Part shown: in pieces, positions 56,852-64,000 of the stretch
Position numbering within the stretch: the first letter of the stretch is position 1
How the letters are laid out: the number at the start of each line of letters is the position of its first letter
Virus record (IMG/VR): IMGVR_UViG_3300024261_000015
Coordinates: 1 to 64,000 of that record
DNA: 64,000 nucleotides
Source: a virus
Reading direction: 5' to 3' (one strand)
Made by a program: the position numbers and the translations under genes
Notes under the pieces: generated by a model
The model's input: the letters and a program-made list of their open reading frames with translations, nothing else
What the model was told of the DNA's origin: nothing
Databases searched by the model: none

Positions 56852-57299
56852 GTATAGCATTATACCCGCTTAGGTGAGGCATTGCAAGGACTTTCTGGAC
56901 TTTTTTCCAGTATTTTTCAGTCGCTTGCTTGCGGTAGCCTTTGGGTCCGCCGTTGTGGATTCGGGCACACTTCTCAGCGTTGAACTTCTTAGGGTTCGTC
57001 CACGCTTCTTTGGCGTAGCGCGTCATGTAAGCGTCCACAATGCTCTTGGCATACGCACGGTCATAACAGTCCTTATATGAGCCACCGATGCCAGAGCGTT
57101 CTACAGCGTCCGTCCAGTATATTTTCCAGATTTGTAAGCAGCCTATGGCGTTCCCATTATCCCCTACAGCATCATCTTTGCCGTTGGACTCGACCTGAAT
57201 CAGAGCGTCCAGCAGAGTGTCCTGTTGAGGTGTGTACTGTGCCATGACAGGAGTGGATAGAACTAACAGCGTTACAAGTGATTTCATCATATTTCTCAT
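56769..57299 (-). CDS. Secreted lysozyme-like protein (i-type/destabilase- or SLT-like)
   Basis: Signal peptide; ALIQVES, G.LQI...YW.DA, ARIHNGGP.G and YWKKV motifs. Confidence 0.8.
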   Translation of the reverse strand: MRNMMKSLVTLLVLSTPVMAQYTPQQDTLLDALIQVESNGKDDAVGDNGNAIGCLQIWKIYWTDAVERSGIGGSYKDCYDRAYAKSIVDAYMTRYAKEAWTNPKKFNAEKCARIHNGGPKGYRKQATEKYWKKVQKVLAMPHLSGYNAIHEISYRLSTWYALHGIPIPSHANGCPL

Positions 57300-57546
57300 T
57301 ATATTATATTATCGACCATATTGCAAGCACTACTTGAGAAAAATGCAGTCTTTTTACCAGAATATATGGCATTCGTCGTAAGTCGTTGGTATGTAAGGAC
57401 TTAGGGCGTTTTTGGGCCTTACTCTGCCATTATGGCAGGTCACGAGACTTTTTGCCTCACAGCGGAAAACTCCACACTAAGGGTCCCATCCGAGAGCTGG
57501 GAATAGGCATTATATCCGAAGGTTCATGCTTTCTCTATAGGGACTC

Positions 57547-57882
57547 CTAAACACTAAAAGATTCACCACAACCACAGGACTTAGTAGCGTTGGGATTAAC
57601 AAATTTGAAACCTCTACCCATTAAACCTTCCTCAAAATCAATAATGGTATTATTCAAATACAAAAAACTTTTAGGGTCGCACACTATCTCCAAATCTTTG
57701 GGTTGCCATTCTTTAATAGAAATTTGGTCTGTTTTATTCCGAATGTCATCGAACCCCAATGAATAAGAAAATCCAGAACATCCTCCGCCCTTCACCCCCA
57801 CACGCAGACATACATCTCCGAGCTTCTGTTCAAATACAATCTTTCCGACCTCGATGGATGCTCTATCACTTAACATTATCAT
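57547..57882 (-). CDS. iscA: Fe-S cluster A-type carrier (IscA/HesB family)
   Basis: LRVGVKGGGCSGFSY and F.NPNATKSCGCGESFSV motifs. Confidence 0.95.
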   Translation of the reverse strand: MIMLSDRASIEVGKIVFEQKLGDVCLRVGVKGGGCSGFSYSLGFDDIRNKTDQISIKEWQPKDLEIVCDPKSFLYLNNTIIDFEEGLMGRGFKFVNPNATKSCGCGESFSV

Positions 57883-57999
57883 GGTGTTATGTAGGGTGGG
57901 ACTCCTTTAAAAAAAAAGGGTCTTAATTCTCAAAAAAAAAATAAAAAGTAATAAATGACTGTGCGGGCTTAACCCCTAAATATTGTAGAGAATAACATT

Positions 58000-58956
58000 A
58001 TGCCCGAAGCCCCCATTGCCCCCACACCCGCGCCCGTAAATAACGCCCTTTCGGGTGGTACCTGGATTTCAGGAACAGGACAAAACCAAGTAAGTGGTGC
58101 AGTTTCCGCTACATCTGCTTATGCTGAAATTACTCAATGGTTAACCATTGAGTATACTAGGAACCCTGATTGGACTGACCGAGTGCCACAGCCCTCAGTT
58201 AGAAATCTATCTTACTTTAGCGGTACGGAGCAGGTTAATATAACTAGTACTAGGTTACATTTTAATATCACTGGTCACACTTCCTGTAAAAAAGTATTTC
58301 AGGCTTATGGTACCAGTGCTTTTTACCAACCTCAAAAGTTCTCGGTCTTAGCTAATGAATTCGATAAGGTTGGTATGTCCTACGGGAGTGTTGACGGTTC
58401 TGGTAATGCGTTTGTGTTTGGGCCTCAAGGGTCTGTACAAACTATCCAACCTTATATAAACAGGGTTCCCTGGGTTGACGGTATTCATACCGTGTACTCT
58501 TTAACTCAAACGGGTACCACTGACGGTATGCGCGAATGGCCCTTTACAATGCCGATTCCAAACCAGTACGCGTGGTTGCCTAGTAATATTTATAGACCTT
58601 ATCGTGATTATGAATCCATCGAGTCAGACATTTACGACAATGTGGACGAAGTCTATAACGGTCCAGGGGGAAGAGATTTAAAAAGGAAATCAATACGAAT
58701 GGTTGGCAATTGTTTCCTTATGGGAGGCGGAGGTTATAACACCTCTTCAGAACCAGGGTATGGCGATAATGTTGTAGGCTTACAACACTTAATTTCGTTT
58801 ATCGAATCGAATTGCGGTATCTTGACGAACTCAGGCAACTCCCAGAGATTTCTTAAGCTTATACCTACCGTCTCTAACGGCCATGGCTGGATTCAGTCTG
58901 GGGATTGGATTGCTATAAATCCTTACTACAATACTGGGTTTCACGACTACACGTAA
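58000..58956 (+). CDS. Hypothetical (possibly virion) protein
   Basis: CTAAATA late-type motif upstream; G/S/T/N-rich. Confidence 0.6.
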   Translation: MPEAPIAPTPAPVNNALSGGTWISGTGQNQVSGAVSATSAYAEITQWLTIEYTRNPDWTDRVPQPSVRNLSYFSGTEQVNITSTRLHFNITGHTSCKKVFQAYGTSAFYQPQKFSVLANEFDKVGMSYGSVDGSGNAFVFGPQGSVQTIQPYINRVPWVDGIHTVYSLTQTGTTDGMREWPFTMPIPNQYAWLPSNIYRPYRDYESIESDIYDNVDEVYNGPGGRDLKRKSIRMVGNCFLMGGGGYNTSSEPGYGDNVVGLQHLISFIESNCGILTNSGNSQRFLKLIPTVSNGHGWIQSGDWIAINPYYNTGFHDYT

Positions 58957-59174
58957 TGGAGAAAATTTTACTAGAGTACGGGGTATTAGGAGCTTGGGTT
59001 ATATTCAGTATAGTTCGTGAGAGATTCCTTATAAAGAGGATGGACGCTAATGCTTTAAGATTTGACCTTGAGCGTTCTAATTGGAATGAAGAGAGAACTC
59101 GGATGGTACGAATCTTAGACGGTCAATTAAACGGTAAACCCTTTGACAAGTCTCAAATGTACTGGGAAAAGTAA
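58956..59174 (+). CDS. Single-TM protein (holin-like)
   Basis: MEKILLEYGVLGAWVIF followed by a charged tail. Confidence 0.45.
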   Translation: MEKILLEYGVLGAWVIFSIVRERFLIKRMDANALRFDLERSNWNEERTRMVRILDGQLNGKPFDKSQMYWEK

Positions 59175-59181
59175 CCGCTGG

Positions 59182-59493
59182 TTAGCGGCCATCCCTAACT
59201 CGTTTCTTAAATTCTTCGTACTGCTCATCAACAGTTAGCCTTGTACCATCGGAGAAGGTAACATCTAAGTATTCAGATTTGGGGTTACGCACCCTAGACA
59301 GTACTAGAGCAGGGTCAAAAATAGGTGTAATGCTAATAATTTGGCGCGTATTGATAAGGGTAGTCTCGTACCCTTTACCCTTCTGCTCTGACCACATAGG
59401 GATAAACCCATCTGGGTTCTGGGAGAAGTTACTAGTGGCGAAGGGAATAACCCCTGCAATGCCACATACTAATGCTAATTCTTTAATATTCAT
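59182..59493 (-). CDS. Hypothetical secreted protein
   Basis: Hydrophobic N-terminus; LIN..QI.SI.P. Confidence 0.55.
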   Translation of the reverse strand: MNIKELALVCGIAGVIPFATSNFSQNPDGFIPMWSEQKGKGYETTLINTRQIISITPIFDPALVLSRVRNPKSEYLDVTFSDGTRLTVDEQYEEFKKRVRDGR

Positions 59494-59511
59494 GTTTAGT
59501 TACTCGAAAGT

Positions 59512-59715
59512 CTAGCGCATCCTTACAGGATGTAAGATGCCTAATTGTTCCCCAACATCAGATAGTTGTTGGTAAGTGGCTGCAATCCTCTCGCGCGAAG
59601 CTCTGTAAGCCCCTTCTGAGGCGATGTGAATAAACTTGGTTGCGTGCCCATCCTCTTGGGATTTTAACAGCTTCTCAAGTTTAGCGTGTTTTTCTTTTAG
59701 TTGTGTGGTATCCAT
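59512..59715 (-). CDS. Hypothetical protein
   Basis: GGAG RBS. Confidence 0.5.
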   Translation of the reverse strand: MDTTQLKEKHAKLEKLLKSQEDGHATKFIHIASEGAYRASRERIAATYQQLSDVGEQLGILHPVRMR

Positions 59716-59716
59716 T

Positions 59717-60259
59717 TTAGTTACTCCAGAAATTTAATATATATGTCCCACTTAAAGGTGATGACCAACTAAGAGGGTCAATCTCCATAATCAGGTCATT
59801 GTTATAGAACGCATCATATGGAATCTCTACATCTAAGGCAACTACGGTTCCATTACTTGATGCCCATGTCCCTAGGAGTTGATGTCCTGTGATGATACCT
59901 GTGTCATCTACTACAGTCTGCCACAGTTTAACTCTTGGGGTGTTGCTTGCGTCTGTCTCTACCGTGAAATTAAATAATGTAGACTCGGCTCCTGTTGCAG
60001 GGTTCAAGAAGAATGCGTAGCAATCAATATCTTCAGCCGAATTATTAAAATCTCCTAGGAGGCTACTTTGGGAGTTTGAATCAGGGAGGACTGTAAGGAA
60101 CTGTGCTGTCTTAAGCGTGTTATTGGGCTCCACCTCCGTGTAGTCATATTCAGGGTCAGCAGGAGGGTCGCCAGGGCCGTCTGAAGGGACGCTGGTTCCC
60201 CCACATCCTGTGAGTAAAGCAGCGGTTAATAGTAGCTCAAACTTCATCATCTTCCTCAA
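59717..60259 (-). CDS. Lipoprotein with EVEPNN (PPC-associated) motif
   Basis: LLTGC lipobox; EVEPNNT...AQ; D.DCYAF. Confidence 0.65.
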   Translation of the reverse strand: MRKMMKFELLLTAALLTGCGGTSVPSDGPGDPPADPEYDYTEVEPNNTLKTAQFLTVLPDSNSQSSLLGDFNNSAEDIDCYAFFLNPATGAESTLFNFTVETDASNTPRVKLWQTVVDDTGIITGHQLLGTWASSNGTVVALDVEIPYDAFYNNDLIMEIDPLSWSSPLSGTYILNFWSN

Positions 60260-60479
60260 GTTCAGCCTCAGCCTTCTCAGCCTTCTCAGCCTTCTCAGCC
60301 TTCTCAGCCTCAGCCACCTCCGAGTACAGGGTAGCTCGCTTCTCTATAAACTCAGCCTGTCTAGCCTCTAACCCAGGGGTAATAGCAGCCATCACCTCGT
60401 CCATAGTCTTCTTAACGAGGTCCTCTATCTCATCGTCAGTCATTTTTTTGTTATCTTTCATAGTATTACTCCCCCTCAT
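60237..60479 (-). CDS. Acidic protein with AEK tandem repeat
   Basis: GCTGAGAAG x4. Confidence 0.5.
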   Translation of the reverse strand: MRGSNTMKDNKKMTDDEIEDLVKKTMDEVMAAITPGLEARQAEFIEKRATLYSEVAEAEKAEKAEKAEKAEAELEEDDEV

Positions 60480-61080
60480 TTAGGCTATCGGCCTCTACTA
60501 AGGTATTCAAGTACCATTGCGCCTTTTTCATATCTTCGCTCCTCTTACCTTTATAATTACTCCGAAGAACATACTTCAGAACTGAGCCTTGAAGATAACC
60601 TTGGTACTGGTCTGGGGTTAGCTTTGCAGCAAGAACATCAATAGCTTCCATGTTTCCTTCGGTATAATGTCCTGGGCTATTAACCATATCCTTTTCTACT
60701 GTATCATTATCATAAGGCCCAGGGTCAGGAGGAATGTAATGGTCTGGGTGATTAACCGCATCAGCGTCAATACTACCTTCAGGGACGAAAGCACTCCTGG
60801 GATTAACCCTTCCCACCTGACGCACAGGGTCGAATTTAGGTACACTCTTTACTTCGTCTGCGGGGAGGGGGGTGTCGAACTTCCACTCCCTCTTCCTAAG
60901 AGGAGCCGTAGTAGGCAAACTCACTTCCTCAGCATCCTTGGACTTAGCCTCAAATGCGGGACCTCCAGGGGGGTGGTCCAAGCCCCTCGCGTAGGGGTGT
61001 TCTTCCATATAAGCCCTATAAAAAGAGTCTATCTTGGAGTCTAATTTGTTAGAATTGTGGGCGTAATTGTTATCGGTCAT
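60466..61080 (-). CDS. DUF3310-like protein
   Basis: DMVNSPGHY..G.MEAID and KY..R...K....D..KAQWYL motifs. Confidence 0.8.
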   Translation of the reverse strand: MTDNNYAHNSNKLDSKIDSFYRAYMEEHPYARGLDHPPGGPAFEAKSKDAEEVSLPTTAPLRKREWKFDTPLPADEVKSVPKFDPVRQVGRVNPRSAFVPEGSIDADAVNHPDHYIPPDPGPYDNDTVEKDMVNSPGHYTEGNMEAIDVLAAKLTPDQYQGYLQGSVLKYVLRSNYKGKRSEDMKKAQWYLNTLVEADSLNEGE

Positions 61081-61161
61081 GTTGTGTTTAGGTAGGGGGG
61101 TCGGGGCGTTTAAGCACCCATCTCTTACACTATAATAGTCAGGGTCCCTAAATATTTTACT

Positions 61162-61500
61162 ATGTATAAATATTATATTGAAGTATTACGCGTGCTTGAC
61201 GGGGACACTGTTGACGCAATGGTGGATTTAGGGTTTAAAATATGGACTAAGAAACGTATACGTTTTTCGGGGATAGATGCTCCTGAGACACGTACGAGAA
61301 ACCTAGAAGAGAAGGCGCGTGGCATTATCTGCAAAAACCGAGTAATAGAACTTCTTGAAAAGAATGATATGAAGGCAGAGCTAATATGTCACGGTATCGG
61401 TAAGTATGGACGCGTCTTAGGGGCTCTCCGAGTTAAATCTGAGAGGGATACCATAAACGATATTTTGGTACTTGAAGGCTTAGCTGCTACTTACGAATAA
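61162..61500 (+). CDS. Thermonuclease (SNase-like)
   Basis: RVLDGDT, RFSGIDAPE and GKYGRVL motifs. Confidence 0.9.
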   Translation: MYKYYIEVLRVLDGDTVDAMVDLGFKIWTKKRIRFSGIDAPETRTRNLEEKARGIICKNRVIELLEKNDMKAELICHGIGKYGRVLGALRVKSERDTINDILVLEGLAATYE

Positions 61501-61550
61501 CTAGTGGTTTTTATAGGGGAACACCCTATATATTTTTAGGAACGCCTATT

Positions 61551-61793
61551 ATGCCTGCCTCAGAACCAAAATCCACTATCTCGCAGAAAACTCTACTACC
61601 CATGAGTCTTGTCGCTGCTATCTGCGCTGGGGTAATTTGGATTAACTCCACCCTGATTGCAATTGATTTCAAGCTTCAAGCAATCGAACTTGAATTAGAG
61701 AAAGAATTCACTAAGACTGAGATGGAAAACTGGATTCTCAGGTTTAAGATGGAAAATCCTAGTATAATCATTCCCAAAGTGCTTGATGACTAG
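61551..61793 (+). CDS. Single-TM hypothetical protein
   Basis: CTATATA motif and AGGA upstream. Confidence 0.55.
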   Translation: MPASEPKSTISQKTLLPMSLVAAICAGVIWINSTLIAIDFKLQAIELELEKEFTKTEMENWILRFKMENPSIIIPKVLDD

Positions 61794-62218
61794 TCTACGA
61801 TAAGGTCTTCACAGAACTCTACAATTACGTCACACTCTTTTAGAAAATGAACTCCACTCTGGTCGGAGTACTTTTCACCACACACGACGCGTTTAATCCC
61901 TGATTGGATAATTAGCTTCGCGCATTGAAAGCAGGGGGAGAGTGTGACATATAGTGTGGCGGTGTCACTACTCTGAGTCCCCCGTGCAAGCTTTGTAAGG
62001 GCGTTAGATTCGGCGTGGAGTACCTCTGGGAGTGTTTGGCCGTCTCTCCCTTCGCACCTGTTAGAGAAGCCTTTAGGCGTCCCATTGAATCCATCAGATA
62101 TAATCTGATTGTCTTTTACGACTAACGCGCCCACTTGTTTGCGGGTAGCGTGGGAGAGTTTACCCCATCTCCACGCCATGTCCATGTAAGCTAAATCTAA
62201 ATCTTCTTGGGTAGCCAT
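61790..62218 (-). CDS. dCMP deaminase
   Basis: VGALVV, GFNGTP, HAESNA and SPCFQC motifs. Confidence 0.95.
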   Translation of the reverse strand: MATQEDLDLAYMDMAWRWGKLSHATRKQVGALVVKDNQIISDGFNGTPKGFSNRCEGRDGQTLPEVLHAESNALTKLARGTQSSDTATLYVTLSPCFQCAKLIIQSGIKRVVCGEKYSDQSGVHFLKECDVIVEFCEDLIVD

Positions 62219-62829
62219 TTTTTATATCCAAATACTTTAAAATCTTGATGGTAATAGCTATTTACTCTTTCAATATCTTTTTTAGTATACCATTCCTTTG
62301 AGGGTTTAGAGCTTCCTGAGTTATTCGCATGAGGAAGGGGTATTGAAGGCAAGTTTAACTCTTTTAGTAATGCGTTAAAATCTTCTTTTATCTTTTCGAA
62401 CCGTAAAATCTTATCAGGCACAACAACATCTCCACGCTTTACATACTCCACCTGAGGGATTGTGGCATGAAGTGTATTTACAGAGGCACTTATGTCCTCT
62501 AGAGAGGTTAAAAACTCGGAAAATGAAATGTCTTTTAATTCACCACGTTTTTGATGCCATGTAAAAAGGGATAGCACTCTATCGTAAGGATTTCTTACAA
62601 CAGAAAAGATATAATCAAACTTAGTTACATCTTTAACAGGTATTCGGCATCTTTCTCCTAAACCATGATGTTTTTTTGGGTATTGTCCGTTCCCACAGAC
62701 TGAGTCTGCTGAACCTATAACACTTACCAAGTCACTAGTATCGAACGCGATTCCGATTGACGTTCCTGCCGTTTTACAGATATCTATAAATAAAATATCT
62801 TTACCAGTTTCATTTACCTTTAAAATCAT
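62197..62829 (-). CDS. Sulfotransferase family 2 protein
   Basis: FIDICKTAGTSI, FSVVRNPYDRVLS, RFE, LPHAN and D...FGY motifs. Confidence 0.85.
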   Translation of the reverse strand: MILKVNETGKDILFIDICKTAGTSIGIAFDTSDLVSVIGSADSVCGNGQYPKKHHGLGERCRIPVKDVTKFDYIFSVVRNPYDRVLSLFTWHQKRGELKDISFSEFLTSLEDISASVNTLHATIPQVEYVKRGDVVVPDKILRFEKIKEDFNALLKELNLPSIPLPHANNSGSSKPSKEWYTKKDIERVNSYYHQDFKVFGYKKWLPKKI

Positions 62830-62967
62830 CTAAATCTTATCGGGTAGCCATTTAACCAATTAGTTTCGCTAAAGCAATAAAACCTGCAAGAGATAAAAGT
62901 ACAAATACAAGGGCTTCAAGTATTTTACCTGCTGTCACTTCTTTTTTATTTCTTTTATCTCTAAGTT

Positions 62968-63195
62968 TCATAACTTTTCCTCAAATTGGTCCCACGTAGC
63001 TAAAGCAAGAGCTACAACCTGTCTAGATTGGATTGACCCCTCCGACTTACCCGCATAGTTCTCTATATTTAAAAGATACTGTTGTAGTTTGGGGGGTAGA
63101 AACCCATCCTTTACTAGGTCAGGTCGCATTTCCTTTGCAAGGTAAATAATAAAATATTCATGCATTGGAAACTCACTTGTCCCATAGTTTGGCAT
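62968..63195 (-). CDS. Hypothetical protein
   Basis: ORF in a - strand run. Confidence 0.45.
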   Translation of the reverse strand: MPNYGTSEFPMHEYFIIYLAKEMRPDLVKDGFLPPKLQQYLLNIENYAGKSEGSIQSRQVVALALATWDQFEEKL

Positions 63196-63544
63196 CTTGA
63201 CCTAGAAAGAAATCGTGCGCTCCGAAGCGAGGCTCATTAGCTTTCGTATGCTCATTAGACTCTTGCGAGCGGTAAAACTCCATCATGTCTGGTTCACTTA
63301 GCTCACTCAATTCCTTTGCAGCCTTACGCTGCTCAGGGGAGAGGTTCCTGTTACCCCGCTGTTTCATGCGCTTCTGTCGCTCAATTTTCATACCTCGCTC
63401 CTCCTGGTCCCAATGGCTTTGATGGGGGGTCATTCGTTTACGCTCACTCTGCCTTCCTTTGTTGAAGGGCTTGGTAAAGCTAAGGACGGCACACGCAATG
63501 ATTGCGAGCCACATAAAGTTCTTCTCTGTCATTAAATTTTTCAT
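63173..63544 (-). CDS. Membrane-anchored hypothetical protein
   Basis: AAGGA RBS; N-terminal TM segment. Confidence 0.55.
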   Translation of the reverse strand: MKNLMTEKNFMWLAIIACAVLSFTKPFNKGRQSERKRMTPHQSHWDQEERGMKIERQKRMKQRGNRNLSPEQRKAAKELSELSEPDMMEFYRSQESNEHTKANEPRFGAHDFFLGQDAKLWDK

Positions 63545-63686
63545 AGTATTATTTTCCTTTTACGGGTATAGGGGCACAAATGCTGTCACAAATATGCTTT
63601 ACTTGTAGGACACTAACGACTGTTAACACAGCCAAAATAGCCCACAAGAGATTTTTCTCTGTTAGATACTTCTTCATAAGTTTTAA

Positions 63687-64000
63687 TTACTGGTTGGGCC
63701 AGTCATCCCAAGTGTTGATGTCCATAAAAGTTCCATCATCCCACACATTTCCGTTGACCTGAATCCAAGGGTCATAGTCCCATTGAAGAACACCAAAACG
63801 AAAATCGGTTCCAAAAGTATTATCATTGAACCTAATCCTAGTGGGGCTAGGAATGCCCCCAGATGCGTGTTCTGTAATATATACAGTATAGTTACCTCCT
63901 TGAAAATGGTTGCCCCAAATCAAAATCCGCTCAACGGGTGCTAATTGTGTTTGTATTATAATACAGGCATTACTGTTATACCCATTCGCGTCTGCAAAGC
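63687..64000 (-). CDS. 3' end of a gene (possible beta-helix protein), truncated by the window
   Basis: Frame open to the window edge; N.F.GG.YTVY and F.DNTFG repeats. Confidence 0.5.
   Translation of the reverse strand, partial: FADANGYNSNACIIIQTQLAPVERILIWGNHFQGGNYTVYITEHASGGIPSPTRIRFNDNTFGTDFRFGVLQWDYDPWIQVNGNVWDDGTFMDINTWDDWPNQ

Larger units (their letters stand above)
50033..57404. repeat. Dispersed 27-bp palindrome GTAA(G/C)(T/C)CGTT-N7-AAGGACTTA(C/G), usually followed by a GC-rich GGGGCCCC-like element
   Basis: Copies start at 50033, 51225, 52268, 52882, 54506, 55577, 56362 and 57378; an inverted copy is at 41610. Confidence 0.9.

Noticed and set aside
50033-57404. Palindromic repeats as a CRISPR array
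   Set aside because: Spacing is 0.6-1.6 kb with genes in between, the copies are degenerate, and no cas genes are present
57440-57546. Possible structured RNA downstream of iscA
   Set aside because: Only short 4-6-bp helices, not distinguishable from chance by eye
60260-60315. AEK tandem repeat (also EAPVV x3 near 8492-8536)
   Set aside because: Ordinary in-frame slippage repeats in disordered segments
1-64000. Stop-codon reassignment, diversity-generating retroelement or retron
   Set aside because: Core genes are intact in the standard code, neither tRNA is a suppressor, and no reverse transcriptase or TR/VR pair is visible

Overview
A 64-kb segment of a large T4-like (myovirus) bacteriophage genome; no host chromosomal genes are evident. 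1-17 kb holds head, neck and tail genes (gp21/gp22/gp23/gp13/gp14/gp15/gp18/gp19-like). 17-34 kb holds replication and recombination genes: a gp55-like sigma, a family-A DNA polymerase in two ORFs around a PD-(D/E)XK nuclease, gp46/47-like nuclease subunits, dUTPase, helicase, UvsY, SSB and UvsX. These are interleaved with a glycosyl-/methyltransferase cluster. 41.6-57.4 kb looks like an early, host-takeover region: a + strand MoxR/vWA/sigma operon converges on a - strand array of short cassettes driven by sigma70-type, apparently leaderless promoters. The best candidates for undescribed biology are non-coding and lie in that region: (1) an 83-nt tmRNA-like RNA that has only the tRNA-like domain (G3-U70 kept, no tag region); (2) a ~250-nt closed multi-stem RNA that I cannot assign; (3) several H-type pseudoknots and a kissing-loop element after stop codons; (4) nine copies of a 10-7-10 palindrome upstream of early promoters; (5) 19 same-strand AAAGTCAA motifs in three clusters. 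All protein calls come from motif recognition by eye and all RNA folds from manual pairing; no database search or folding program was run.
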